Below are positions 20,331 through 30,135 of a stretch of 64,000 nucleotides of DNA, piece by piece. A program made the position numbers and the translations under genes. The DNA lies in contig OZ246001.1 of the NCBI GenBank assembly GCA_965230295.1, forward strand, positions 2,016,001 to 2,080,000, written 5' to 3'. The notes below the pieces were generated by a model. It was given only the letters and a program-made list of their open reading frames with translations, made no database searches and was not told the DNA's origin. Position 1 is the stretch's first letter, and each line of letters starts with the position of its first letter. Source of the stretch: Marinicella sp. (GTDB taxonomy: Bacteria > Pseudomonadota > Gammaproteobacteria > Xanthomonadales > Marinicellaceae).

Positions 20331-21227
20331 ATGAATTGGGATGACCTCAAGTTTTTTTTAGCGGTCAGTAGGCTGGGTTCTATCAGGTCTGCTGCGCAGC
20401 ATTTAGGGGTAAATCATGCGACTGTGTCAAGGCGCATCAATCAGTTTGAACAAGCCACAGGTCAGCGCTTGTTTGAAAGAACCCCTGGTGGATACATCAG
20501 AACATCTGTGGCTGATCAAATCTATGAGGAGGCCCATCATTTAGAAGAACGGCTGAACACTTTTTCCAGGCGCATCATGGGTGGCAATGATGATTTGTCT
20601 GGTGACATCAGGGTCACCTTGCCACAGTTGTTGGGTGAAGGGTTTTTGATGCCTTCATTTGCGGCTTTTTGTGAACGTTATCCTGCCGTTGAATTAGAAG
20701 TTCTGGCGGCAGCAGAACTGTTTAATTTGAGTCATCGGGAAGCTGATGTGGCTTTCAGAATCTGTCAACAGCCGCCAGACCATTTGATTGGTCGAAAATT
20801 GGTCAGTATGCATCGGGCCTGTTACATCAGTAAAAGCCACAGTGAGTCTATGAAAGACCCCAAGTGGTTGGTACAACAAAACTGGATAGGTTGGTCGGAT
20901 AAGATGCGTCGTCCCATTGGTCAGGTAGCTCGCACATATCCCAGGTTCAAATCCAGGCATAAGATCTTGGAAGGCAATTTACAGGCCAGTGCCTGTGAGC
21001 ATGGCATGGGTATAGCAGTATTGCCTTGTTTTTTGGGAGATCCAAACCCCAACCTGGTACGGATTCCTCCATATGTATCAGAAGCCAAATTTGATTTGTG
21101 GCTCCTGATTCATCCAGACCTGCGCAAGAATGCCAAAATTCAACAGTTTGTGAGGTTTATGGTTGATGCTGTGAAGTCATTGAAACCGTTGTTGATGGGT
21201 CAGTCATATCAAATACCTGAAGATTGA
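20331..21227 (+). CDS. LysR family transcriptional regulator
   Basis: MNWDDLKFFLAVSRLGSIRSAAQHLGVNHATVSRRI HTH; READVAFR; divergent from the SRPBCC gene. Confidence 0.95.
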   Translation: MNWDDLKFFLAVSRLGSIRSAAQHLGVNHATVSRRINQFEQATGQRLFERTPGGYIRTSVADQIYEEAHHLEERLNTFSRRIMGGNDDLSGDIRVTLPQLLGEGFLMPSFAAFCERYPAVELEVLAAAELFNLSHREADVAFRICQQPPDHLIGRKLVSMHRACYISKSHSESMKDPKWLVQQNWIGWSDKMRRPIGQVARTYPRFKSRHKILEGNLQASACEHGMGIAVLPCFLGDPNPNLVRIPPYVSEAKFDLWLLIHPDLRKNAKIQQFVRFMVDAVKSLKPLLMGQSYQIPED

Positions 21228-21309
21228 TTGTTTATATTGAGGTGTGGATCACGCCTTACAGGCCGCCAAACGGCTTATAATGGGCGGTTTATTCTATGGG
21301 GGCTTAGCC

Positions 21310-23493
21310 ATGAAAAAGATAATAATTACTGCCATGTTGATTGGCTTGGCAGGGGCGTCAATGGCAGGCACCGTGTCAGCCAATAACCCCGTTATGTTTG
21401 TCACCCAATTCCCAATAGCCAATGATTTTGCCACGATCGGTTCAACCTTTGCCAATCATTCAGATTCCATGCAAAGTGTCGGTAGAGGCGGTGACTTGTA
21501 TATCAGGTACCCCGATGGCAGTTTACGCAATTTAACCCGTGAAGCCGGTTATGGTGTCGTTGGATTCCAAAATGAACATGCCATTGCGGTGCGAGATCCA
21601 CATGTGCATTGGAGTGGTCAGAAAGCACTGTTCAGTATGGTTATTGGCGCACCTGAGCAGTTCGAATACAACGAATATTACTGGCAAATGTACGAAATCA
21701 CCGGGCTTGGGCAAGGTGAAACAGTGGTTATTTCAGCCATTGCTGGACAACCAACAGACTACAACAACATCACGCCCATTTATGGTTCTGATGATGCCGT
21801 TATTTTTACTTCAGACATGCCACGAAGTAAAAACAGGTTTAATTACCCACAATACGACGAATATGAATCAACACCCACCAACACGGGCTTATGGAAACTG
21901 ATGGATGGCCAGGTGAGTTTGTTACAGCATTCTCCTTCAGGCTCATTTTCTCCAATCATAGACAGTTTTGGGCGATTGGTTTTCACCCGATGGGATCATT
22001 TACAACGTGACCAACAAGCCTCCCCGGTCAACGTCAATGGTGCTTTTAATTATTCAAGTGAGCATGCCAGTGCCTCAATGATAGACACAGTTGACGAGGT
22101 TTTTCCTGAACCACGTCCAGCGGAAATTGATTTGTTGCAGGGTACGAATTTAGAAGGGCATCGTTTCAATCACTTTTTCCCTTGGCAGTTGAACCAGGAT
22201 GGCACTGAAGAAGAAACATTGAACCATGTGGGTCGACATGAATTGCACAGTTATTTCAACCGCAGTTTGAATGATGATCCTAATTTGTCTGAATTCATTG
22301 CTGGCGTCAGCAGCAGGCCCAATCAGAACAGCATCTTGAATGTCTTTCAAATCGACGAAGACCCCAATTCAGCCGGGCGTTATGTGGCCGTTGATGCACC
22401 TGAGTTTGCCACCCATGCGGCTGGTCAGCTCATTGCCTTTGATTTGCCGGTAGGTGCTGACCCTTCCTTGGTTACAGTCGATTACCTCAGTCATGAGAGC
22501 ACCCGGAATGTGGTTGCCGATGGGACTCCACCACCACCGGAACATGTGGGTTTTTTTCGTGAACCAGTGACCTTGGGTGATGGACAGTTATTGGCAGTAC
22601 ACACCTCAGAAACCCGCCAGGCCGGAAACGATGGTACCCGTGCAAACCCTCAACCCAGGTATGATTTCACCATCAAATCAGTGGTGCCCAATGGCAACAA
22701 TGATTGGGTGCCCAGTGATCGATTGACTACCCTGGGAAATGTGACCATTTCATATTATGATCCAGATGTGTTGGTCAGTTACACCGGCCCATTGTGGGAA
22801 CTGTCACCTGTTGAAGTGGTGGCCAGGTCTGTACCACCTATGACTCAGGAAACATTACTGGCCCCGGAAGCACAAATATTCGCAGAAGAGAACATCGATG
22901 TGAATGAGTTCAGGGACTTTCTGAAAAACTATGGACTGGCCGTGGTGGTGATGCGTGATGTGACCACCCGTGATGAATTGGATCTGCAACAGCCCTATAA
23001 CCTCAAAGTGGCTGGCAGTCCACACCAAACGATAGCCAATGCAGGATTGTTGTATGAAATGTCACACATGCAATTTGTTCAGGGTGATCAGATCAGGGGG
23101 TATGGTGGCATCAATGACCCGAACCCGGGTCAGCGAGTGATTGCGCAGTTCCAGCATGATCAAAACGCCGCCAACTACAATTTGCCAGTCACCGCTGCAC
23201 CTCCAGGCAGTGCAGACATCTATCCTGACGGATCGGTGGCGATGTTGGTACCAGCCAGGCGAGCCATGAGTTGGCAATCCATGGCACCCAATGGTGATCC
23301 TGTGGTCAGAGAACGGTATTGGATCACTTTCCAACCCGGGGAAATAAGGGCCTGTGGAGGTTGTCACGGCGTCAATCAAATAGACCAAGCAGGTCAGTTG
23401 CCTTCAACCATCAAGGCAGAAGCTTTTAGGCAGTTGTTACGTCACTGGGATACCACATTCACCGATCTGATCTTTGCTGATGATTTTGAATGA
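21310..23493 (+). CDS. Secreted beta-propeller protein (hydrazine synthase alpha-related) with c-type heme motif and C-terminal DLIFADDFE tag
   Basis: Signal peptide MKKIIITAMLIGLAGASMA; GRLVFTRWDH, RERYWITFQPGEIRACGGCHG (CxxCH). Confidence 0.65.
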   Translation: MKKIIITAMLIGLAGASMAGTVSANNPVMFVTQFPIANDFATIGSTFANHSDSMQSVGRGGDLYIRYPDGSLRNLTREAGYGVVGFQNEHAIAVRDPHVHWSGQKALFSMVIGAPEQFEYNEYYWQMYEITGLGQGETVVISAIAGQPTDYNNITPIYGSDDAVIFTSDMPRSKNRFNYPQYDEYESTPTNTGLWKLMDGQVSLLQHSPSGSFSPIIDSFGRLVFTRWDHLQRDQQASPVNVNGAFNYSSEHASASMIDTVDEVFPEPRPAEIDLLQGTNLEGHRFNHFFPWQLNQDGTEEETLNHVGRHELHSYFNRSLNDDPNLSEFIAGVSSRPNQNSILNVFQIDEDPNSAGRYVAVDAPEFATHAAGQLIAFDLPVGADPSLVTVDYLSHESTRNVVADGTPPPPEHVGFFREPVTLGDGQLLAVHTSETRQAGNDGTRANPQPRYDFTIKSVVPNGNNDWVPSDRLTTLGNVTISYYDPDVLVSYTGPLWELSPVEVVARSVPPMTQETLLAPEAQIFAEENIDVNEFRDFLKNYGLAVVVMRDVTTRDELDLQQPYNLKVAGSPHQTIANAGLLYEMSHMQFVQGDQIRGYGGINDPNPGQRVIAQFQHDQNAANYNLPVTAAPPGSADIYPDGSVAMLVPARRAMSWQSMAPNGDPVVRERYWITFQPGEIRACGGCHGVNQIDQAGQLPSTIKAEAFRQLLRHWDTTFTDLIFADDFE

Positions 23494-23655
23494 TTCAATG
23501 GTTATACAGTTGTCATATATAGCACTTAACATATGCCATTAGCAGCATTAAATAAGCTGTGTTAAAATCAATGAACTCAAGCTGAATGATGCCTGAAGTC
23601 TTGAAAGACGGGGATGGTTTGATTGGGTCAATAATAATTAATTTGGGAGAAGAAA

Positions 23656-24102
23656 ATGAAAATAGCAGCAGGTGTGATTTTAATCATTGCAGCCGTGTTT
23701 AATTTGTTTGCCGGATTGGCATATTTGGGTGGTGGCGCGGCCACTCAGGGTTTAAGTGGAGCCGTTGATTCTGCAGTGATGCAACAACAAATGACGGAAG
23801 CAGAAAAAGCCGAATTAGAGCGTGTTCAGGATGAAGTGGGTGGCAGTGCCATGGGCTTGATGGCTTTTGGTGTGTTCTTATTGGTCAGTGTCGGTATCTT
23901 AATTGCCGGCGCCGTATTTTTATTCACCAACAAAAAACCGCAATTTATCTTGATAGCAGGGGGTATGGCGATTGTCGCCGAAGTCATAGGGATATTGATC
24001 ACCACTTTTGGTATCACCAATTTGGTGGGAATAGTTGGTGGTGTGTTGGCCATCATTGCCGCCAAATCAATGGGTGGAGCTGAGGCAGCACCCGTAGAAT
24101 AA
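23656..24102 (+). CDS. Hypothetical four-TM membrane protein
   Basis: Strong SD (gggagaag); hydrophobic helices; followed by a terminator. Confidence 0.75.
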   Translation: MKIAAGVILIIAAVFNLFAGLAYLGGGAATQGLSGAVDSAVMQQQMTEAEKAELERVQDEVGGSAMGLMAFGVFLLVSVGILIAGAVFLFTNKKPQFILIAGGMAIVAEVIGILITTFGITNLVGIVGGVLAIIAAKSMGGAEAAPVE

Positions 24103-24121
24103 TTTCTTTTATTTCAATTCA

Positions 24122-24156
24122 CAGAAGCAACCAGGCTGGTTGCTTCTGTTTTTTTT
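24122..24156 (+). terminator. Rho-independent terminator
   Basis: cagaagcaacc/ggttgcttctg stem plus T run. Confidence 0.8.
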
Positions 24157-24158
24157 AG

Positions 24159-24983
24159 GTGTTTCAGATGCGCTCACAAGTGATAAGAAAATTGATAGTG
24201 CAGGACTTGTTCTACGCCCTCAGGAGTGCCAGAGGCGTTTTGTTTCTGGTGTTTTTTTCAGTCTTTTGGTTGTGGGTGTTCTCCAAATTTGGTCAAGTTA
24301 ATACCCAGTGGTTGAGGAACCCGGAAGGTGCCATGGTGTTATCTTGGCTGTTTGATGCCAAAACCGCTCAAGCCCTGTTCGTTGATCGACACCCGGCTTT
24401 TTCACTGTTTTATTTGGTGGCGATCAACACAGCTCCTTTGTTTGTGCTGTTTGCTGCCAGTGACCAAACCGCCAATGACATTGGCAGTAAATACCTGCGC
24501 TTCTTGTTACCCCGCTGTCAGCGCAGTGAAATATATCTGGGTCGATTTTTTGGATGTGTGCTGTTGGTTTGGGCAGCTTATATTGTGGTCAGCCTGATTG
24601 CAGCACTGTGGGTGGTGATGTTCAACGATGCCAGTTTTGCGACCATCATCACTGAATGGTTGTGGGTGGTGGTTTCGTTGATGATTTATGTGTTGCCATT
24701 CATTGCTTTCATGTCATTGTGTTCGGCTTTGGTCGGCTCGGCTGGATTGTCAGCCTTGTTGGGTCTGGGATCTTATCTGATTGTGATCATCATGATCGGA
24801 ATCATGGGAATACGATGGGAAGGCATGGCAGATGCCATTGGCTGGATTTTACCTAACGCCATCAAACCATGGGTCCTGTTGATGGATTTTGGTGCATTGC
24901 TGAAAGCGGCTTTTGTCGGGGGCATATATGTACTGATTTACGGCTGGTTGGGTTGGCTGATGTTTGTCAGGAGGGACATCTGA
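24159..24983 (+). CDS. ABC-2 type transporter permease
   Basis: Six TM helices; SDQTANDIGSKYLRFLLPRCQRSEIYLGRF; C-terminal FVRRDI. Confidence 0.82.
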   Translation: MFQMRSQVIRKLIVQDLFYALRSARGVLFLVFFSVFWLWVFSKFGQVNTQWLRNPEGAMVLSWLFDAKTAQALFVDRHPAFSLFYLVAINTAPLFVLFAASDQTANDIGSKYLRFLLPRCQRSEIYLGRFFGCVLLVWAAYIVVSLIAALWVVMFNDASFATIITEWLWVVVSLMIYVLPFIAFMSLCSALVGSAGLSALLGLGSYLIVIIMIGIMGIRWEGMADAIGWILPNAIKPWVLLMDFGALLKAAFVGGIYVLIYGWLGWLMFVRRDI

Positions 24984-25897
24984 TGAGTGCAATAACAGTC
25001 ACCAATTTATCTAAAAAATATGGCAGCCAGTTTGCTTTGAAAGATGTGTCACTTGAAATCAAATCCAACATCACCACAGGTTTAATTGGCCCCAATGGTG
25101 CGGGAAAAACCACTTTGATGTCATTGATTTGTGATTTCATTCACCCCACCACAGGCACCGTTGAAGTGTTGGGACACCCGGCCCGTTCAGTGGCCCTCAA
25201 GGGCCGCATCACCATTTTGCCGCAAGATGCTCGATTACTGAAATCCTTATCGATCAAGAAACAGTTGGCCATGTTGGCTGAATTGCAAGGCTTTGATGCC
25301 CAAGCTGCGCACCAAGAGTCTTTGCGGGTTTTGGACTTGGTGGGCCTTCGTGAGGCACAAAATAAATTGCCAGAGCATTTAAGTCACGGCATGTTGAAAC
25401 GCACAGCCATTGCCCAAGCTTTGATTGGCCAGCCAGAATTGATTCTGCTTGATGAACCCACAGCTGGCCTGGATCCAAGTACCACCGATTCAATCAAAGC
25501 CGTGATCAAGAACTTGCAGAATAAAGCCACCATCATCATCACTTCACATAATTTGTCGGTGATCGAAGAACTGTGTCAGGAAGTGGTGATTTTGCATCAA
25601 GGTCAATTGCACAAGCACCATGCTTTAGATCAAATTGTGGTGAAACGCGAGGCCCTGACGGTCAAAATGAAGGATCACCCGACCCAAGAACAAATCAATG
25701 AATTGCAGCAGGTCGATTGGGTTAATGAAATCAAGGTAGGTCAACCAGGCAGTTGTCTGATGGTGCTCTACTATGACTCCAATGCGGTAGAAGATGCAGA
25801 GGTCAATCTACTGATGCAGCTGAAGTCCATGAACATGACTTACCGCGAATTCACCAAAGGAGAGCGATTACAAGAATACATGAAAGACAATTTTTAG
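24983..25897 (+). CDS. ABC transporter ATP-binding protein
   Basis: Walker A GPNGAGKTT, signature LSHGM, Walker B ILLDEPTAGLD, SH switch. Confidence 0.95.
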   Translation: MSAITVTNLSKKYGSQFALKDVSLEIKSNITTGLIGPNGAGKTTLMSLICDFIHPTTGTVEVLGHPARSVALKGRITILPQDARLLKSLSIKKQLAMLAELQGFDAQAAHQESLRVLDLVGLREAQNKLPEHLSHGMLKRTAIAQALIGQPELILLDEPTAGLDPSTTDSIKAVIKNLQNKATIIITSHNLSVIEELCQEVVILHQGQLHKHHALDQIVVKREALTVKMKDHPTQEQINELQQVDWVNEIKVGQPGSCLMVLYYDSNAVEDAEVNLLMQLKSMNMTYREFTKGERLQEYMKDNF

Positions 25898-25970
25898 GTG
25901 ATGTCTTTGTAACTTTGCTTGATTAAAATCGTTTCCATGGGTGATGTTGATAAAACAAGAGGACAGTAAT

Positions 25971-26735
25971 ATGAAAAAAATAGTATGGGCCAGCGCCATT
26001 GGTTTGGTAGCACTTTCTGCTTGGGCAGGTGATGAGTTATCATTTGATCGTTCATTGAGCATGTCTACAGATCGATTGAGTGCTGTGGAATTTGATGTGG
26101 GAGCAGGATCACTGGAGATTGTAGGTACATCCGGAGATGAAATCAGGATCAATGCCACCATCGAATCGGATGACTACCGCAATCTGGACGACCTGATGGA
26201 AGATTTTGAAGATAAAATGCGCTTCGAAATTGACCGGGAAAGTGAGTACGCCATGGTGTATGCCAAGTCTAAAGAAAAAATGAATTGGGGTAGATCGAAA
26301 AACATTGCCATCCACTTAGAAGTTGAAATGCCTCGAGGCATGGATCTGGTGGTTGATGATGGTTCAGGCTCGATCACCATCGAGAACATTGATGGGTTGG
26401 TAACCATCGATGATGGTTCTGGATCCATGACGCTCAGATCGATAGGAAGTGATGTGCGAATAGATGATGGTTCTGGTTCAATCATGATTGCTGGCGTCAA
26501 TGGCGATTTAGACATCGATGATGGTTCAGGATCTGTTGAGTTGAAGGACATCAGTGGTTCTGTTGATATTGAAGACGGTTCAGGCGGGATTTTGGCCAAG
26601 GGTGTTGGTGGAAATTTTAGAGTCGATGATGGTTCAGGAGATGTGATCGTCAAAGGTCTGGATGGTCAGTTTAAACTGATTGATGATGGTTCGGGTTCGA
26701 TTCGGGTCAATGGAGAAAAGTGGGGTAAAAGATAG
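25971..26735 (+). CDS. DUF4097-like beta-helix repeat secreted protein
   Basis: Signal peptide; about seven ~19-aa repeats containing DDGSGS. Confidence 0.8.
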   Translation: MKKIVWASAIGLVALSAWAGDELSFDRSLSMSTDRLSAVEFDVGAGSLEIVGTSGDEIRINATIESDDYRNLDDLMEDFEDKMRFEIDRESEYAMVYAKSKEKMNWGRSKNIAIHLEVEMPRGMDLVVDDGSGSITIENIDGLVTIDDGSGSMTLRSIGSDVRIDDGSGSIMIAGVNGDLDIDDGSGSVELKDISGSVDIEDGSGGILAKGVGGNFRVDDGSGDVIVKGLDGQFKLIDDGSGSIRVNGEKWGKR

Positions 26736-26761
26736 CCCAACCTTGCCAGAACGACAAGTAT

Positions 26762-26788
26762 AAAAGGCGTGCTCTGTTCACGCCTTTT
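26762..26788 (+). terminator. Hairpin/terminator between the DUF4097 paralogues
   Basis: aaaaggcgtg-ctctgtt-cacgccttttt. Confidence 0.6.
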
Positions 26789-26840
26789 TCTTTGGTGTAT
26801 CATAAACTTTTTTAATCACTATGAACAAAATATAGAGCAA

Positions 26841-27599
26841 ATGAAAAAAATCATATTAATGGCAATGATGACCTGCATCATCACTTCGGAACTGCAAGCA
26901 GAAAACATGACCTTTCATCGAAGTTTAAGCACTGAAGCACTCGATTTTACAGCAGTAGAAATCATTGCGGGTGCTGGTAACATGGTCGTAGAAGGCAGCG
27001 AATCACAACTCATTGAAATCGATGCGACAGTGGTGTCGAAAGACTATAAAAAGATGGCAAAGTTTGTTGAAGCGTTTGATGACCGGATGTTGTTTCATGT
27101 CAAACAAGTGAATGACAAAATTCAAATCATGGCCAAAGCCAAAAAATCCGCATTCAGCGCACCCAATATTCAAATTAATTTACAAATCAAGGTACCCAAA
27201 AATCTGAATTTATTCATTGATGATGGTTCAGGATCGACAGAGGTAACTGGTCTAACAGGTGCTTTGCATGTTGATGACGAATCAGGACCCATAGCCATTC
27301 GTCAAATCCAAAATAAGGTGACTGTTGAAGATGGTTCCGGGTCATTGTTTCTTGAATCAGTGGTTGGTGATGTTGAAATTAAAGACAAAGCGGGTGCCGT
27401 TGAATTAAGAAGGATTCAAGGTGATGTCATGATTGAAGATGGCTCAGGGAATATTGTTGTTGTCAATATGATTGGCAAGTTAAGCATTGATGACGGTGCG
27501 GGTAATGTGGCCGTAAAAGGGCTTAAAGGTAAATTTAAGTTGATAGATGATGGTGCAGGTACTGTCGTGGTTAATGGACAAACCTGGGCATTAGAATAA
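26841..27599 (+). CDS. DUF4097-like beta-helix repeat secreted protein (paralogue)
   Basis: Signal peptide; DDGSG/EDGSG/DDGAG repeats; same layout as the upstream gene. Confidence 0.8.
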   Translation: MKKIILMAMMTCIITSELQAENMTFHRSLSTEALDFTAVEIIAGAGNMVVEGSESQLIEIDATVVSKDYKKMAKFVEAFDDRMLFHVKQVNDKIQIMAKAKKSAFSAPNIQINLQIKVPKNLNLFIDDGSGSTEVTGLTGALHVDDESGPIAIRQIQNKVTVEDGSGSLFLESVVGDVEIKDKAGAVELRRIQGDVMIEDGSGNIVVVNMIGKLSIDDGAGNVAVKGLKGKFKLIDDGAGTVVVNGQTWALE

Positions 27600-27625
27600 C
27601 AGACATGTTTTATAGGTGGCCCTTC

Positions 27626-27970
27626 TCAGCGAACTTCTATGTGTCTGATTAAGCCATCATCAACCACCAGCATTTCAGTGCCGGTAAGTACGGTATGAGA
27701 ACCTTGGTGATCGGTGAGGTGGCAAGTGAACGTCACTTCGACAATGTGAGTGGAGTTGGCCTTGATGTCATCGATTTGCCACTGTAAAACACTGTATTGA
27801 GCGAAGAAATTTTTCATCATTGCCATGATGTCATCGACACCAAAATACATTCCGGTGTTGATAGAACTGTAAGTGGCTTTCGGATGTATCATTGATTTGA
27901 TGGCTGTCAGGTCTCCTTGATTTGATAATTCGAAGTACTTTTTGCTGGTATTGATGGCGTTGTGGCTCAT
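27626..27970 (-). CDS. SnoaL/NTF2-like protein
   Basis: YFELSNQGDL...HPKATY...DDGLIRHIEVR. Confidence 0.75.
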   Translation of the reverse strand: MSHNAINTSKKYFELSNQGDLTAIKSMIHPKATYSSINTGMYFGVDDIMAMMKNFFAQYSVLQWQIDDIKANSTHIVEVTFTCHLTDHQGSHTVLTGTEMLVVDDGLIRHIEVR

Positions 27971-28037
27971 GGGTCTATTTTGGCACAAAAAAAACCCATT
28001 CTATCAATGGGCTTTGAAAATATGATTGGATGCAGTT

Positions 28038-29300
28038 TTAACCAAAAATGGCCTTCAATACAAAGAAGAATATAATCGATAAACTGGCGCCTGCCGGAAT
28101 GGTAATGACCCAAGATGCAAAAATATTGCGCACCACTTTCAAATCGATTGCGGTGATTCCTCGTGCCATACCTACACCCAATACGGCACCAACCAATGTT
28201 TGGGTGGTGGAAATAGGCATGCCGGTTCCTGACGCCACCACAATGGTGGTAGAAGCCGCCAACTCGGCAGCGAATCCTCTAGAGGGGGTTAAGTGAGTGA
28301 TTTTTTGTCCCACCGTTCTGATCACTCGCACACCATAGGTGGCCAAACCGATCACAATACCAATACCACCCAATAACAGGATCCAGGTTTGGACTCCTGA
28401 TTTGGCAGCAACGATGCCGGTCTGGGCTGTAGAAACAATCGCAGCAACTGGGCCCACTGCATTGGCAACGTCGTTAGAACCATGTGCGAATGCCAGACCC
28501 GAAGCAGTGATCACCATCAAGACAGCAAACACTTTTTCTACGGTGTAAAAATGAAAATCTTTTTCTTTCTTTTTATCAACTTTGATTTTAGATACAAAGT
28601 AAGCACCAATCATGGCCACAATCACACCAGACAAAGCTGCATAAGAATAGGCTTGAGGGTCAGACAGCTCCAGGCCCACATGTTTCAATCCTTTTTTGAT
28701 GGTGACCAAAGTCAATACGAAGGCCGTAATGAACATGTAAAATGGCACATAACGTTTCGCTTTCTCTAGAGGATTCTTTTGTTTCAGGATCAAGTGATGA
28801 ACAGTTTGGAAGATCAAAAAGGCCAAAAATCCGGCTATCACAGGTGTGATGATCCAACTCATTACGATGTCGCCCACTTTGCCCCATTTGATGGCTTCTG
28901 TGCCTATACCAACGGCAGCAAAACCGACCACGGCACCAACAATAGAGTGGGTGGTTGATACCGGCCATCCTTTGCGGGAAGCCAACAACAACCAACAGCC
29001 TGCGGCCAATAACGAAGCCAACATCCCATACACCAATAAATCAGGGCTACCAACAATTGAGCTGGAGTCAATGATGCCTTTGCGGATGGTTGAAGTTACT
29101 GCTCCACCGGCCAAAACAGCCCCAGCAAATTCAAAGATGGCTGCAATAATGATGGCTTGTTTGATGGTGATGGCTTTGGAGCCGACCGAAGTTGCCATGG
29201 CATTGGCCACGTCATTGGCGCCAATACCCCAAGCCATGAAACCACCAAAGATGGCAGCCAAAGCGACATAGGTTAAACCGTATGTTAATTCAAATTCCAT
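28038..29300 (-). CDS. pit: Inorganic phosphate transporter (PiT family)
   Basis: GANDVANAMATSVGS, PVSTTHSIVGA, HGSNDVANA, PISTTQT signatures. Confidence 0.95.
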   Translation of the reverse strand: MEFELTYGLTYVALAAIFGGFMAWGIGANDVANAMATSVGSKAITIKQAIIIAAIFEFAGAVLAGGAVTSTIRKGIIDSSSIVGSPDLLVYGMLASLLAAGCWLLLASRKGWPVSTTHSIVGAVVGFAAVGIGTEAIKWGKVGDIVMSWIITPVIAGFLAFLIFQTVHHLILKQKNPLEKAKRYVPFYMFITAFVLTLVTIKKGLKHVGLELSDPQAYSYAALSGVIVAMIGAYFVSKIKVDKKKEKDFHFYTVEKVFAVLMVITASGLAFAHGSNDVANAVGPVAAIVSTAQTGIVAAKSGVQTWILLLGGIGIVIGLATYGVRVIRTVGQKITHLTPSRGFAAELAASTTIVVASGTGMPISTTQTLVGAVLGVGMARGITAIDLKVVRNIFASWVITIPAGASLSIIFFFVLKAIFG

Positions 29301-29311
29301 GATACTCCCCT

Positions 29312-29986
29312 TTATTTAGCCAATAACAATTCTAAGCGACGACCGATGCGTTCTGCCTGGTCAGCCACGTCACCGACCATATCAATCAGCTTGTATAAAA
29401 ACATCACCTCTACAGGAGGTAAATCGTTTTCCATGCCATATACTTTGCCTTGAATGTCCGATTGCATGTTGTCGGTATCGGTTTCGATTTTGTCCAGTTT
29501 AGCAATCAGTTTTTCGACCACTTTAACTTCGGCACCACGAAATCCGGTTTCATACAATTCATCCAGCTCATTAACACTTTGCTTGGCTTTTTTAGCGGCA
29601 TCAACACAGCGATCAACAAAAGTGATGAAATCTTCATAGAGGGCAGCGGGTACTTGCAAACGACGGAGTCGAATCATTCCGGCAACTTGTTTACTGATGT
29701 TGGCCACTTTATCCTGAACCAAAACCAGTTCTAACAAATCTTGTCTGGGAACAGGCATGAATAGGCTTTTCGGTAAATTGGAACGTATGTCATTTTTCAA
29801 GTCATCGGCTTCATTTTCGAGTTGTCTGACTTGTTCAGTGATTTCATCCACTTTAACCCAATCATTCAAATTGGCTGCTTTGAAAATTTCAGGCAACAAA
29901 GCCGCAGCATCATACGCTTTCTTGATGTGTGCTTGTAGGGGCTCAACAGGTGACCTGCCCAGCATGTCGGTGATAAAACTTCCCAT
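29312..29986 (-). CDS. DUF47/TIGR00153 phosphate transport regulator
   Basis: LENEADDLK, LPKSLFMPVPRQDLL, LDELYETGFRG; directly upstream of pit. Confidence 0.92.
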   Translation of the reverse strand: MGSFITDMLGRSPVEPLQAHIKKAYDAAALLPEIFKAANLNDWVKVDEITEQVRQLENEADDLKNDIRSNLPKSLFMPVPRQDLLELVLVQDKVANISKQVAGMIRLRRLQVPAALYEDFITFVDRCVDAAKKAKQSVNELDELYETGFRGAEVKVVEKLIAKLDKIETDTDNMQSDIQGKVYGMENDLPPVEVMFLYKLIDMVGDVADQAERIGRRLELLLAK

Positions 29987-30057
29987 GATTCTTCCGCTAT
30001 TTTAATGGCCACCATTATACCCACCCTAACTGTGGTTGCTAAGTAAAAAACACGCGA

Positions 30058-30086
30058 CTGTCATCAAAACTTCACACAAATGACAT
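30058..30086 (+). promoter_or_regulatory. Pho-box-like 11-bp direct repeats upstream of the olsF-like gene
   Basis: ctgtcat-caaa-acttcac-acaa-atgacat. Confidence 0.6.
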
Positions 30087-30135
30087 AAATCAGAAAGTTC
30101 TGGTTTATATGATGAGCTTTTACCTCCGGATTCTG

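Noticed and set aside
26340-27560. Recurrent gatgatggttc repeats and antisense ORF 26174-26653
   Set aside because: Explained by DDGSG protein repeats on the + strand.
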